A stretch of 64,000 nucleotides of DNA from a virus (IMGVR_UViG_3300038443_000257:1-64000); one strand, 5' to 3'. Positions 1-8,595 are shown, counted from the stretch's first letter. Numbers and translations: made by a program. Notes: a model not told the origin generated them from the sequence alone.

Positions 1-57
1 GAACGCGCCACAGTAAGTTTTGGAGACTCACTCGCCAACCTTGGAACATTCGGGCCT
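1..57 (-). tRNA. tRNA-Trp(CCA), truncated at window edge
   Basis: Minus strand AGGCCCG...TGAGT-CTCCAAA-ACTTA anticodon arm, then start of T arm GCGCG-TTC at the edge. Confidence 0.8.
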
Positions 58-122
58 ATGTAAGTGCACTTTCGCGGCAAGAGCCGTCTCTGAAGACCGG
101 ATGCGGCTTACTTGTGCGTAGA

Positions 123-215
123 TGGTGGAAAGTATTAGATTCGAACTAATGGAGCCGTATAAATAGACTCGACAGGTTAGCAACCTGCTGCCTTAAGCCA
201 CTCAGCCAACTTTCC
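123..215 (-). tRNA. tRNA-Ser(GCT)
   Basis: GGAAAGT acceptor stem, CAGG-TTGCTAA-CCTG anticodon arm, long variable arm, TTCGAAT T loop, encoded CCA. Confidence 0.92.
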
Positions 216-216
216 G

Positions 217-304
217 TGGTGCTCACTGTTGGATTTTAACCAACGCGGGATTTCTCCTCCGGGTTACAAAGCCGGTGCAATCGAACGAACTATGCGAAGT
301 GAGC
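217..304 (-). tRNA. atypical tRNA, centred anticodon TGT (Thr), long variable arm
   Basis: GCTCACT/AGTGAGC-A-CCA acceptor, CCGGC-TTTGTAA-CCCGG arm, GGA-GAAA-TCC variable stem, T loop TTAAAAT. Confidence 0.7.
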
Positions 305-312
305 AATGATTT

Positions 313-500
313 TGTTTTCAGGACGCCTCTACTGCTACAAAGCTGATGAGGAGGGGCAACGACCCTGTAGAGGAAGCGTCTTGAAAACGGCCTCTTGTGG
401 AAGCCGAGTGCCAATTCTTGTGAAGGCTATGGCGAAAGCCTTAAAGTTGATGCGCTAGAGTCATGTGGCCGCATGATTTCAAGATCGACTCACTCAACAA
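313..500. ncRNA. candidate structured RNA(s) in tRNA operon leader
   Basis: Two multi-hairpin domains of nested inverted repeats between promoter 506-534 and the first tRNA. Confidence 0.4.
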
Positions 501-505
501 AACAA

Positions 506-534
506 ATTGTACACTGCTCTATGAATCTTGTCAA
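506..534 (-). promoter_or_regulatory. sigma70 promoter of tRNA operon
   Basis: TTGACA-17-TACAAT. Confidence 0.8.
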
Positions 535-902
535 ATCTTATTAACGTTACCCATGTCTACCACTTGTACATCTTGAGCAAATTCCGGGCTGATGTTGTCA
601 AAATCCAACGCTGGTGTATTATCGTCCTCTGCCGTGCTACCCTGACCGATAAGACCTGTTACTTTGATATCCAGCAACATTGCCTTAATCTCGTCAGCCC
701 TTTGGGCCTCTGCACTATCCATGTAAAACTTCAACAGTTTCTCAGCAGCAATCATCCTGACACGCTCGTCATTACTCGTTAACCCTGCTTCTAACACTTC
801 CACAGCTTTCTTACTAATCTTATTAAGCTGTTTTACAAGCTTGTCTAGTTCGTGCTTCTTTTTGAACAACGGTTTGGGTGTTGTACTCACCACATCACTC
901 AT
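531..902 (-). CDS. hypothetical protein, possible terminase small subunit
   Basis: 123 aa helical protein, strong SD AGGAGG, own promoter, position before tRNA cluster; function is positional inference. Confidence 0.5.
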   Translation of the reverse strand: MSDVVSTTPKPLFKKKHELDKLVKQLNKISKKAVEVLEAGLTSNDERVRMIAAEKLLKFYMDSAEAQRADEIKAMLLDIKVTGLIGQGSTAEDDNTPALDFDNISPEFAQDVQVVDMGNVNKI

Positions 903-931
903 ACTACCTCCTTAAAATTCTTAACAAGTGA

Positions 932-997
932 AGGATAGCATTTGTGCCCTATCTTGTCAATTTTAGGCTTGACAGCATCTAGAACAGGCTCTACAAT
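932..997. promoter_or_regulatory. divergent sigma70 promoter pair
   Basis: Minus TTGACA-17-TATCCT (932-960); plus TTGACA-17-TACAAT (969-997). Confidence 0.75.
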
Positions 998-1028
998 TCA
1001 GTCACTAACCACTTTCAAGGAGGGAACA

Positions 1029-1202
1029 ATGCTGAAAAATGTTAAGGTGTACTATCGTCAGAACGGTAAGCTAGCTTGTGTGAACCTAGATTATGCAGAC
1101 AGTTACAACCGTGCTATCTGGTGTGTACGAGAACAAGTACTTGGATGTAAAGACAACTGGTTCGATGTCAAAGGTCCAGCTATGGCTCTGGTGAACAAAT
1201 GA
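1029..1202 (+). CDS. hypothetical protein
   Basis: SD GGAGGG before ATG 1029; translationally coupled to next gene. Confidence 0.7.
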   Translation: MLKNVKVYYRQNGKLACVNLDYADSYNRAIWCVREQVLGCKDNWFDVKGPAMALVNK

Positions 1203-1369
1203 ACGACCTTGAACACATCCTATACGAAGTAGAGCAACAAGAACGAAACTTTGCCGACTTTGAAGACTTACGCTTTGCAGAAATCTTTCTGACAGACAAA
1301 GAAGCAAAAGGTAAGAAAATTGCGCTGTATGTAGGGCGCGCCCGTAACAAATCTAAACAACTCTTTTAA
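1199..1369 (+). CDS. hypothetical protein (56 aa, not in ORF track)
   Basis: ATGA overlap, MNDLEHILYEVEQQ...KQLF. Confidence 0.6.
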   Translation: MNDLEHILYEVEQQERNFADFEDLRFAEIFLTDKEAKGKKIALYVGRARNKSKQLF

Positions 1370-1378
1370 GGAGAAGCA

Positions 1379-1711
1379 ATGAGCGACATCATCGAAACCG
1401 AAGTTAAAGAAGGTGCTACCGAGTACAAAACTATTGTGACGCCAAGCTATGTTGAAAGTATGCTAGAAGCATTTAAACACAAAGGGTACGGCTGGGACAT
1501 CGATCCTCAACGTGAACCTTTCTTCAGCTATATCATGTACGAAGTGTATCTTATCCGCAACGCCAACACTATTGCTAAAGCCAAGCAGCAGCTTGAGTCC
1601 GCTGAGAGTGGTAGGGATGTTATGACGAAAGAAAAACGTCAAGAAATCATGGCTAAGGCTCGCGCTGCTAAGAAGATTAACAAAGGTGATAACAATGAAA
1701 ATCAAGGTTAA
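1379..1711 (+). CDS. hypothetical protein
   Basis: SD AAGGAG, 110 aa, basic C-terminus. Confidence 0.75.
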   Translation: MSDIIETEVKEGATEYKTIVTPSYVESMLEAFKHKGYGWDIDPQREPFFSYIMYEVYLIRNANTIAKAKQQLESAESGRDVMTKEKRQEIMAKARAAKKINKGDNNENQG

Positions 1712-1913
1712 ATTTGCCAATAAAGAAGTGAACATCAAGAATCTTGTACAAGGCTCTGTAGTCATTCAAGAAGAGGGTAGCGGCTTTCCTCCTACGTTCT
1801 ATCACATCCACCGCTTTAATACTCGCTGCGACGACGGCTCTATCGATTTGATCATTGCTGACGACTTTGGTAAGTGGGAGAAAAACTCTAAAGACCTTAT
1901 TTGGCCGATTTGA
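1695..1913 (+). CDS. hypothetical protein
   Basis: SD AAGGTG, overlaps previous gene. Confidence 0.65.
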   Translation: MKIKVKFANKEVNIKNLVQGSVVIQEEGSGFPPTFYHIHRFNTRCDDGSIDLIIADDFGKWEKNSKDLIWPI

Positions 1914-1938
1914 CAGATTAGATTGCAAGTGGTAAATT
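1910..1938 (+). promoter_or_regulatory. sigma70 promoter upstream of phoH
   Basis: TTGACA-17-TAAATT. Confidence 0.55.
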
Positions 1939-1996
1939 GGAGTGTCTAACATCGCTGTTGGGCATTCCTATTAACATTTTTACAAGAGGATAACTG

Positions 1997-2776
1997 ATGT
2001 CCAACAATGCTAAGCGTTTTACACGAAAGCAAAAGACGGGCGAAAAGCCTGTAGTTGAGGTTGTTGCTGGAGAGGTTGTTGTCCCTGTACAACAAAAACA
2101 ACTCGCTGTCAAACCTGCTAATCCTCGGCAGAAAAGCCTACTTCAATATCTGCAAGAAGGTCGTCAAGTGGTATTTGCTATTGGCTCTGCTGGTACAGGC
2201 AAATCGTTCCTTGCCGCCTACCACGGCTCCGAACTGCTACGATCCAAAAAGATTGATAAGATTTTTCTTGTTCGTGCTAACGTCTCTACAGGCAAAAGCA
2301 ATGGTGCGCTGCCGGGCACTTTGGAAGAAAAGCTGCTGCCGTTCTTCAAACAGACACTTGAGCATCTTGGCAAGTTCATGGGCAAAGGTTTTCTCGGCTA
2401 CTGCCTGACGAGTAAGAAAGTGGAGATGCTGAGTGTTGAGCACATCCGTGGTATGAGTATTGAAAATGCCCTTGTCATTGTGGAGGAGGCGCAGAATCTT
2501 ACGAAGGAAGAACTTGAAGCCATTCTTACTCGTATTGGCGATGGATGCCAACTTGTACTGACGGGCGACCAGAAACAGAATGACCTGAGGGGTAAGAGTG
2601 GGCTGATGGAGACAATCACAATGATTGACGACGTTGTGGGAGGCATGCCCGACTACCTGAGCGACGACGATTTGCAATGTATGTCACAAAACATCGGTAT
2701 CGTCACCTTTACACCAGAAGATGTCGTTCGCTCTGGCCTGTGCCGGGCTTTCGTCAAGATGTATTACCATAATTAA
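1997..2776 (+). CDS. phoH: PhoH-family ATPase
   Basis: GSAGTGKS Walker A, GALPGTLEEKL, IRGMS, EEAQN, TRIG, GDQKQND, DVVRS motifs. Confidence 0.95.
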   Translation: MSNNAKRFTRKQKTGEKPVVEVVAGEVVVPVQQKQLAVKPANPRQKSLLQYLQEGRQVVFAIGSAGTGKSFLAAYHGSELLRSKKIDKIFLVRANVSTGKSNGALPGTLEEKLLPFFKQTLEHLGKFMGKGFLGYCLTSKKVEMLSVEHIRGMSIENALVIVEEAQNLTKEELEAILTRIGDGCQLVLTGDQKQNDLRGKSGLMETITMIDDVVGGMPDYLSDDDLQCMSQNIGIVTFTPEDVVRSGLCRAFVKMYYHN

Positions 2777-2785
2777 GGAGGAAAT

Positions 2786-3472
2786 ATGCAACAATTCAAT
2801 AAAGAGCTTCTGAAGCTTCTGCGCAGTGAGAGCGAACCCTTCGCCGTCTACTCAGCACCAATCAACCAAGTACACCGAGTAACTATTGATGAGGAATTCC
2901 GAGATGTAGTCCAGTTTGCAGACTTGGTGGAGGTGCTGGACAATGCCCAAGAAGGTGATGTCGTACAAATTCGCCTGTCCACTGTAGGAGGTGCCCTCCA
3001 CGCCATTATCCCGCTTATCAATGCTATGAAGAATACAGAAGCATTCATTCATGTGCATGCAGAGAGCGATGTGTCGAGCGCAGGGACTATGATCGCAGCA
3101 CTTGCACACAATCTGTACGTCAATGAATATGCAACTTTCATGTACCATAATGTGCAATACTCGGCAGGTGGACATGGTGGGAACGTGGAAGCACAAGTGA
3201 GCCACATCACAGCATCCAGCAAGAAGATTATTCGTGATCTGTACGCTGGCCTGCTCACTCCTAACGAAATTGCTCGTCTGGAAGATGGCCTTGAACTGTA
3301 CATGGACGCCGATGAAGTTATGGATCGGTTCATTGCACGTCAGCAGGCTCGTATGCAAGTGCAGTGCACTTGCGGAGAGTGCGGAGTGGCAGAGGAAAAG
3401 CCAGCTAAGAAGCCTCGCAAGCCACGTAAGAAAGTTGTTGCAGAGCCTGCATTAGAAGAAATTGTAGAATAA
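2786..3472 (+). CDS. ClpP-like protease
   Basis: IRLSTVGG, VSSAGT (Ser), FMYHN (His), LYMDADE. Confidence 0.85.
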   Translation: MQQFNKELLKLLRSESEPFAVYSAPINQVHRVTIDEEFRDVVQFADLVEVLDNAQEGDVVQIRLSTVGGALHAIIPLINAMKNTEAFIHVHAESDVSSAGTMIAALAHNLYVNEYATFMYHNVQYSAGGHGGNVEAQVSHITASSKKIIRDLYAGLLTPNEIARLEDGLELYMDADEVMDRFIARQQARMQVQCTCGECGVAEEKPAKKPRKPRKKVVAEPALEEIVE

Positions 3473-3477
3473 GAGAC

Positions 3478-3503
3478 GCCTCAGCTTCGGCTGGGGCATT
3501 TTT
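3478..3503 (+). terminator. rho-independent terminator
   Basis: GCCTCAGC-TTCG-GCTGGGGC then T run. Confidence 0.8.
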
Positions 3504-3514
3504 ATTTGTACAAC

Positions 3515-3582
3515 AGAAAATCTTACGACATCTAAGAAAATCTTACAAAACACTTGCACACACAAGAATTTTGTACTACCAT
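3515..3582 (+). promoter_or_regulatory. promoter with upstream 12 bp direct repeat
   Basis: AGAAAATCTTAC at 3515 and 3535; TTGCAC-17-TACCAT at 3554-3582. Confidence 0.55.
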
Positions 3583-3610
3583 AGATTCGTCAACAAATTT
3601 AGGAGGGGCT

Positions 3611-4198
3611 GTGGTAAAAAGAAAATATGGTGTTTACAGAGAAGGTAAATACAAAGGCAGTATTAATGGGGTGCATACCAGAGAAAAAGAGTATTGGACC
3701 AAAATGCTGGCAAGGGCTTACCCCGGCAAGACTTGGGAGAAACGTCCAAGTTATATCGGGTGCTCATGTACACCGCTTTTTAATGAATTTCAGTTATTCG
3801 CCGAGTGGTGCAACAGTCAAGTAGGTTTCCATAATTTGGGCTGGCACTTGGACAAAGATTTACTCGTAAAAGGGAATAAAGTTTACGGGGAGAATACGTG
3901 TGTATTCTTGCCACCTGAGATTAACAATATGCTAGTTACAAGAAAAGATGAGCGAGGAAAGTACCCGATTGGTGTTACAATGCGTTGCAAGAAGACGCCG
4001 AGATTTATAGCACAATGTAATAATGGAACTGGAAAGCCGCAAGTTCTAGGTTATCACGACACCCCTGAAGAAGCCTTCTTGGCATACAAACAATTTAAAG
4101 AGTTTTACGTGAGGTCAGTTGCAGAGAAATATAGGAACGAATTAGACGAACGTGCGTACTTAGCGTTGTTAAATTTCAATGTGGAGATTACAGACTGA
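3611..4198 (+). CDS. HNH-like homing endonuclease with AP2-like C-terminus
   Basis: FQLFAEWC..Q.GF, LDKDLL, YGENTCVFLP, LGYHDTPEEAF; paralogue of 40722 and 55226. Confidence 0.8.
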   Translation: MVKRKYGVYREGKYKGSINGVHTREKEYWTKMLARAYPGKTWEKRPSYIGCSCTPLFNEFQLFAEWCNSQVGFHNLGWHLDKDLLVKGNKVYGENTCVFLPPEINNMLVTRKDERGKYPIGVTMRCKKTPRFIAQCNNGTGKPQVLGYHDTPEEAFLAYKQFKEFYVRSVAEKYRNELDERAYLALLNFNVEITD

Positions 4199-4716
4199 TG
4201 AGTGACTTCAAAATTAGCCTGTTGAATGGCGGACACTTCGATTTCTTGGAACCAGAAAAAAGTGTTTATGCTGTAGAAGATATTGCAAGAGGTTTGTCAC
4301 ACACCGCTAGATTTTCTGGGCAGACGCAGCGACCTTACTACGTGAGTCAACATAGCATTATTGTTAGTAAGATTGTTCCAGAAGAATTTGCACTAGAGGG
4401 TTTAATGCACGACGCGATGGAGAGTTTTATGGCTGATATTCCCTCCCCGCTGAAAAAACTCCTTCCGGGCTACATCGAGCTTGAGAAACGAGCAGAAGCG
4501 GACATGTGCAAGCGCTTTGGCATGAAATTTCCCTTCCATCCAAGTATCAAAGAAGCTGACATTCGTGTCTTTCTTGCAGAGCGTAGAGACATGCAGCCGT
4601 GTGTTACAGAGAAATGTTATGAAGGATATGAGGCTTATCCAAACAAAATCATTGCATGGGACAGCCACATGAGCTATATTTATTTTATGCGTCGTTTTAA
4701 GGAGCTTACGAAATGA
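4198..4716 (+). CDS. HD-domain phosphohydrolase (YfdR/5'-deoxynucleotidase-like)
   Basis: DIARGLSHTARFSGQ, VSQHS, LMHDAMES, DIPSPLK. Confidence 0.88.
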   Translation: MSDFKISLLNGGHFDFLEPEKSVYAVEDIARGLSHTARFSGQTQRPYYVSQHSIIVSKIVPEEFALEGLMHDAMESFMADIPSPLKKLLPGYIELEKRAEADMCKRFGMKFPFHPSIKEADIRVFLAERRDMQPCVTEKCYEGYEAYPNKIIAWDSHMSYIYFMRRFKELTK

Positions 4717-4883
4717 AACTGAACGATTTTTTCTACGCTGTTATCCTAGTTCTTATCATGCTGCTCGTCGGCATTGGCATTCTTCCTGATATGGTGGATG
4801 TATGAATATTTACGTTATCGGGCTGATCATGGGGTATATGATTGGGCAGATGTTGATTGAGATTTATTGTTAAGGGGGTTGTG

Positions 4884-5075
4884 ATGGCTATTATTGGATT
4901 TATTTTTCTTGTACTTATTGGACTGTTCTTAATTTACGCTGCTGGAGTGCTGTTCTTTGCAGGGATGTTCATGAATGATATGAGCGGAGCATTCATCCCT
5001 CTGATCTTAGCAGTAGTAGTGTTTTGGGCAGCATTACATTGGGCACCATTCACGATTACGTTTGTGGGAGGATAG
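4884..5075 (+). CDS. small membrane protein
   Basis: Two hydrophobic helices. Confidence 0.7.
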   Translation: MAIIGFIFLVLIGLFLIYAAGVLFFAGMFMNDMSGAFIPLILAVVVFWAALHWAPFTITFVGG

Positions 5076-5285
5076 ATGAAAGTTTGGGTTCTCACTAAGG
5101 AATACAACGATTACGACCAACACGGGGAATATTTCGTAGCAGTATTTGCTAACAAGCCCACAGCGAAACAAATTGCTGAGATTTGTAATATTTATGAAGA
5201 GTTTGCTGGTCATATTATTGACGGGGGAGGTAGGAAAGAATACGAAAATCTTTGGTATTGGTTGCGAGAGGAGGAATGTCAATGA
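5076..5285 (+). CDS. conserved-type phage hypothetical protein
   Basis: SD GGAGG; YNDYDQHGEYFVAVF..KP motif. Confidence 0.75.
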   Translation: MKVWVLTKEYNDYDQHGEYFVAVFANKPTAKQIAEICNIYEEFAGHIIDGGGRKEYENLWYWLREEECQ

Positions 5286-5506
5286 CTAACGACAAAGACA
5301 TCGTCCGTTACGAAGTGAATCAACATGGAGAACTCCCTCTTTCTTACGGCAGGTATGTTCGGTATGATGATTATGATGACCATGTGCAGTGGTTGCTGGG
5401 GAGGATTGAGAAGCTTGAGGATCAAATCAACAGCATGATAGGAGACTATTCTGATGGGTACGAAGATGGTTGGGAGGCAGCTAAGGAAGAAGAGAGGTGG
5501 AAGTGA
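5282..5506 (+). CDS. hypothetical protein (paralogue of next gene)
   Basis: SD GAGGAGG; GYEDGWEAAK. Confidence 0.7.
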   Translation: MTNDKDIVRYEVNQHGELPLSYGRYVRYDDYDDHVQWLLGRIEKLEDQINSMIGDYSDGYEDGWEAAKEEERWK

Positions 5507-5730
5507 CTGATTTTGACAGATACTACGTTAGGTATGAGAGTGAATACCTTGAGCATGACGTGGAAGGTAAGTTCATGTTGGTGGAAGACCATCTTGCGAT
5601 TGTTGAGAAGTTGAAGGCTGAGATTGAAAGGCTTGCGCTTGAACGTTTAAACGACGCTTACGATGAAATTTTCAACAGAGGGTATCAAGAGGGGTGGAAC
5701 GACGCTAAACAGTTTCTCAGGTTTGACTGA
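5503..5730 (+). CDS. hypothetical protein (paralogue of previous gene)
   Basis: GTGA overlap; GYQEGWNDAK. Confidence 0.7.
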   Translation: MTDFDRYYVRYESEYLEHDVEGKFMLVEDHLAIVEKLKAEIERLALERLNDAYDEIFNRGYQEGWNDAKQFLRFD

Positions 5731-5739
5731 CACTCACAG

Positions 5740-5789
5740 GCTCGCTGACAGGGATTGCACATTTCATGTGCGCTGTTGGCGGGCTTTTT
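5740..5789 (+). terminator. long terminator-like hairpin
   Basis: GCTCGCTGACAG...CTGTTGGCGGGC with inner GCAC/GTGC stem, then TTTTT. Confidence 0.65.
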
Positions 5790-5805
5790 ATTAATAAAGG
5801 AAAAT

Positions 5806-6315
5806 ATGATTGTTATTGACAAATACAAATGCTTTGAATGCGAAGCTCCTGCAACAGAACAACACCACGTAATTCCAGAAAGCTTCGGAGGAACTAAAAC
5901 TGTCCCGTTGTGCAGTAAGTGCCACTGCCTTGTACATGGCCTTGGAGGTAGGCGAGATCAAGTTAAAGAACTCACCACTCGCGGCCTGAATAAGAAGATG
6001 TCATTCGACTTCCACTATGTGTGGTGGCATCACTTCAAGTGTGCAGAAGAAGATGACTGGAAAGATGTGGAAGAACTCGCAGCAGACCTTGAAGTGGCTG
6101 TTAACCCTATTAAGAATCGTATCAAACGTCTGAAAGAGATGGATACTAGATTTCTTGAAGAACTTGTGATTCCTTATATTGGCGATGAGTATAAGGGGTT
6201 GTCGATCTTCAATCTTGAACCGTACGACCTTACAGACAATGACATTTTGATTCTCCAAGGTAACAGAAAGGAAATGTTTAAAAATTCTGAAGAAGGTGTT
6301 GCACAAACTACCTGA
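5806..6315 (+). CDS. HNH endonuclease domain protein
   Basis: CFEC...HHVIPESFGG..VPLCSKCHCLVH. Confidence 0.85.
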   Translation: MIVIDKYKCFECEAPATEQHHVIPESFGGTKTVPLCSKCHCLVHGLGGRRDQVKELTTRGLNKKMSFDFHYVWWHHFKCAEEDDWKDVEELAADLEVAVNPIKNRIKRLKEMDTRFLEELVIPYIGDEYKGLSIFNLEPYDLTDNDILILQGNRKEMFKNSEEGVAQTT

Positions 6316-6327
6316 TCTGTGTAAAAT
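6299..6327 (+). promoter_or_regulatory. promoter for serine recombinase
   Basis: TTGCAC-17-TAAAAT with TG extension. Confidence 0.6.
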
Positions 6328-6360
6328 GGCGTTCATCAAATATGTCAGTAGGAGAACAAC

Positions 6361-7065
6361 ATGAAGAACGTCATACTTTACGCACGAGTGTCGGGCCGTG
6401 AGCAGGGCAAGAGTGGGCTAGGTATTGCTCACCAGATGGAGGAAATGAAACGCTTCTGTGCTGCAAATGGGTTGACTATTGTTGGTGAATATCAGGAAGT
6501 GATTTCTGGTAAATATTATCTTGATCGTCGTCCTGTGCTGAAGCAAGCTGTTGACAAGGCTCAGCGTCTCTCCAATCGAAAGGATGGGGATTGCTATATT
6601 CTCACTAGCCGTCTGGATCGCCTATCTCGTGAAACTGGATTTATTTGCGAGATGCTGCGTCAAGACATTAAATTCATCACAGCCGAAACTGGCATTGATT
6701 GTGGGCCAATGCTCCTTCAAATTCGGGCGTCTGTGGCAGAAGAGGAGCGTCGTAAAGCAGCAGACCGCAGCAAAGGTGCTTGCTCTGTAAAGCGCCAACG
6801 TGGCATTCCTATGGGGATGAAGATTCCTGCTGTGCGCGCTCACAAGGAGCGCTCCCTAGCTCTGTGCAAAGAATCTATCGTGCAAGAGGCGGACAGCTTC
6901 GCTGATTTCATGAAGCCGACAATCGTGATGCTTCGTCAGAATGGCTACAGTGTGAATGCAATTGCAGACTATTTGAACATGCATAATTTCAAAACTCAAC
7001 GTGGTGGCAAATGGTGGGCAAAATCTGTGGCAAATATCATGGACAGGTGGGCAGATGTTAATTAA
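6361..7065 (+). CDS. serine recombinase (resolvase family) with C-terminal HTH
   Basis: LYARVS catalytic motif, RLDRLSR, AIADYLN...RGGKW. Confidence 0.92.
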   Translation: MKNVILYARVSGREQGKSGLGIAHQMEEMKRFCAANGLTIVGEYQEVISGKYYLDRRPVLKQAVDKAQRLSNRKDGDCYILTSRLDRLSRETGFICEMLRQDIKFITAETGIDCGPMLLQIRASVAEEERRKAADRSKGACSVKRQRGIPMGMKIPAVRAHKERSLALCKESIVQEADSFADFMKPTIVMLRQNGYSVNAIADYLNMHNFKTQRGGKWWAKSVANIMDRWADVN

Positions 7066-7145
7066 TATGCAACTTTAAATATCGCATGTAAGTGTGTTGT
7101 TTTAAAAGCAATTTATAATTGGTGGGTAGGTTGCTGCTATGTTTT

Positions 7146-7178
7146 GGGAGGGTGCTTTCTGGCATACCTCCCTTTTTG
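7146..7178 (+). terminator. rho-independent terminator
   Basis: GGGAGGGTGC...GCATACCTCCC-TTTTT. Confidence 0.75.
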
Positions 7179-7910
7179 CATTTTTCGATATAAAAATTTT
7201 TGGAAGGTGTGGTTTGTTTAGGGCAAATTGTGCGGGGTAGGTCGAGAATATCTACTTAGGCTGTCGTGGCATTTAACAGTGCCGAGAGGCAAGAAAGACC
7301 GCCGTAGAGCCATCCTAGAAATATCTGTGTGGGTGACAGCCACTTTCACACAACACGTCCCCTAGGCCCGTCTAGACCCCTTCCTGAGCCTGTGTAAATC
7401 CGTGTACGGCTGCACCATCTTACACAAACCACTGTATACCCTTCCATGCCGTCCTGATTGTGGGTCGATAGCCTACCCTCTGCCCCATCCCTCCGTCGCA
7501 CGCCTGCTCATCCCTCACACAATCCCACCCTCACAAATGCCCCTCTGACGCGAATACAGGCCCTCAGCGCCCCCTTTCTCCGTCCCTCTGTAGCTTCACC
7601 CCATCTCGCCATCACTGGCCCTCTGTTGCCCCTGTCCTGCTGCTGCGGGATGCCCTCTCACGCCCATAGCACGCCTGTCTGTGCGTACACCCTGTACTAG
7701 ATAGCACTTTGGCAATACATAACTCGTTGGTTATGAATGTGATCTGCATCACAATAACCCCTCGTTGATGCCCAAGGTCGTGCGATTACCGAACACGAAC
7801 GAGATTTTGTTAGACCACTCTGTCCCTATTAAATGTTTCCGAATAGCACTCTGTCCCCAATTAACTGTTTTGGCCTGCCGTACAGTCACACAGAAAGCAC
7901 TCGCACAATA
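7179..7910. other. non-coding gap, possible genome terminus / terminal repeat boundary
   Basis: Convergent transcription, A/T tracts, switch from G-rich to C-rich near 7340, repeats. Confidence 0.45.
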
Positions 7911-7935
7911 GCAAAAGCGCCCTCTATGGGGCGCC
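7911..7935 (-). terminator. terminator of early minus-strand block
   Basis: GCGCCC stem-loop followed by TTTTG on minus strand. Confidence 0.65.
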
Positions 7936-7960
7936 TGCTCTGTGTTGCTCTTACCTTGTC

Positions 7961-8407
7961 TCACACACTCTTTTGTGCATACTCCAAGCGTGCCTCATTG
8001 CTCATGGTGCGGAAGCATGCCGTCGTGTCGTACATGTTGCCAACACTGTATTCTTGCCCCTTGTCATCACGCACAGTCAGCACTTCATAAGCGCCCATAC
8101 TATCGCAGTACTTACCTTGCACGCCTACCACATCAACAAACTTACCATACACAACCTTTGCTACAGGGATACGCTTCTCTTGCACATCAAAGCGAAGGCG
8201 AAGGGTTTTAGTCAGGGTGCATTCTGCCACATCGTTATCAAAATACACTCGTGCATGGGCATACTTAGTACGGATAGCATCGCCATTGCCATACTTGACC
8301 AGTTCAGCTTGAATCACTTTCTTAGCTGCTGCAAGGGTGCCGATGAATTCGACAGTGATGCCGCCTTGCTTGTTACCGCCAGCGATGATGATTTCAAATT
8401 TGGTCAT
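7961..8407 (-). CDS. early hypothetical protein
   Basis: SD AGGAG, 148 aa. Confidence 0.75.
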   Translation of the reverse strand: MTKFEIIIAGGNKQGGITVEFIGTLAAAKKVIQAELVKYGNGDAIRTKYAHARVYFDNDVAECTLTKTLRLRFDVQEKRIPVAKVVYGKFVDVVGVQGKYCDSMGAYEVLTVRDDKGQEYSVGNMYDTTACFRTMSNEARLEYAQKSV

Positions 8408-8595
8408 GATAGGCTCCTAGAGGAAGTGGGGTTAGTGTTGCTGATGAATTCTATTATACTCACCCTACAGAGAAACACAAGCCCAATAAGCACATTATTT
8501 AGAACCTTCCCTCTAATCCCTACACTAACCCGTTCTTCACACAGCACGCTTTCCATGCTTCCTCTTGTGTGTCGTACTCTTGTTCCCCAGCATTG

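Noticed and set aside
255-277. Reading the second full tRNA as Tyr(GTA)
   Set aside because: GTA is off-centre in the anticodon loop; stem register centres TGT
343-388. CTGATGAG suggesting a hammerhead ribozyme
   Set aside because: No CGAAA after the following stem and no stem I/III arrangement
223-414. 63 aa ORF
   Set aside because: Overlaps a tRNA and structured leader; no SD
6361-7065. Serine recombinase as an integrase implying lysogeny
   Set aside because: Only 234 aa, lacks the large-integrase zinc ribbon, and no repressor or att site seen
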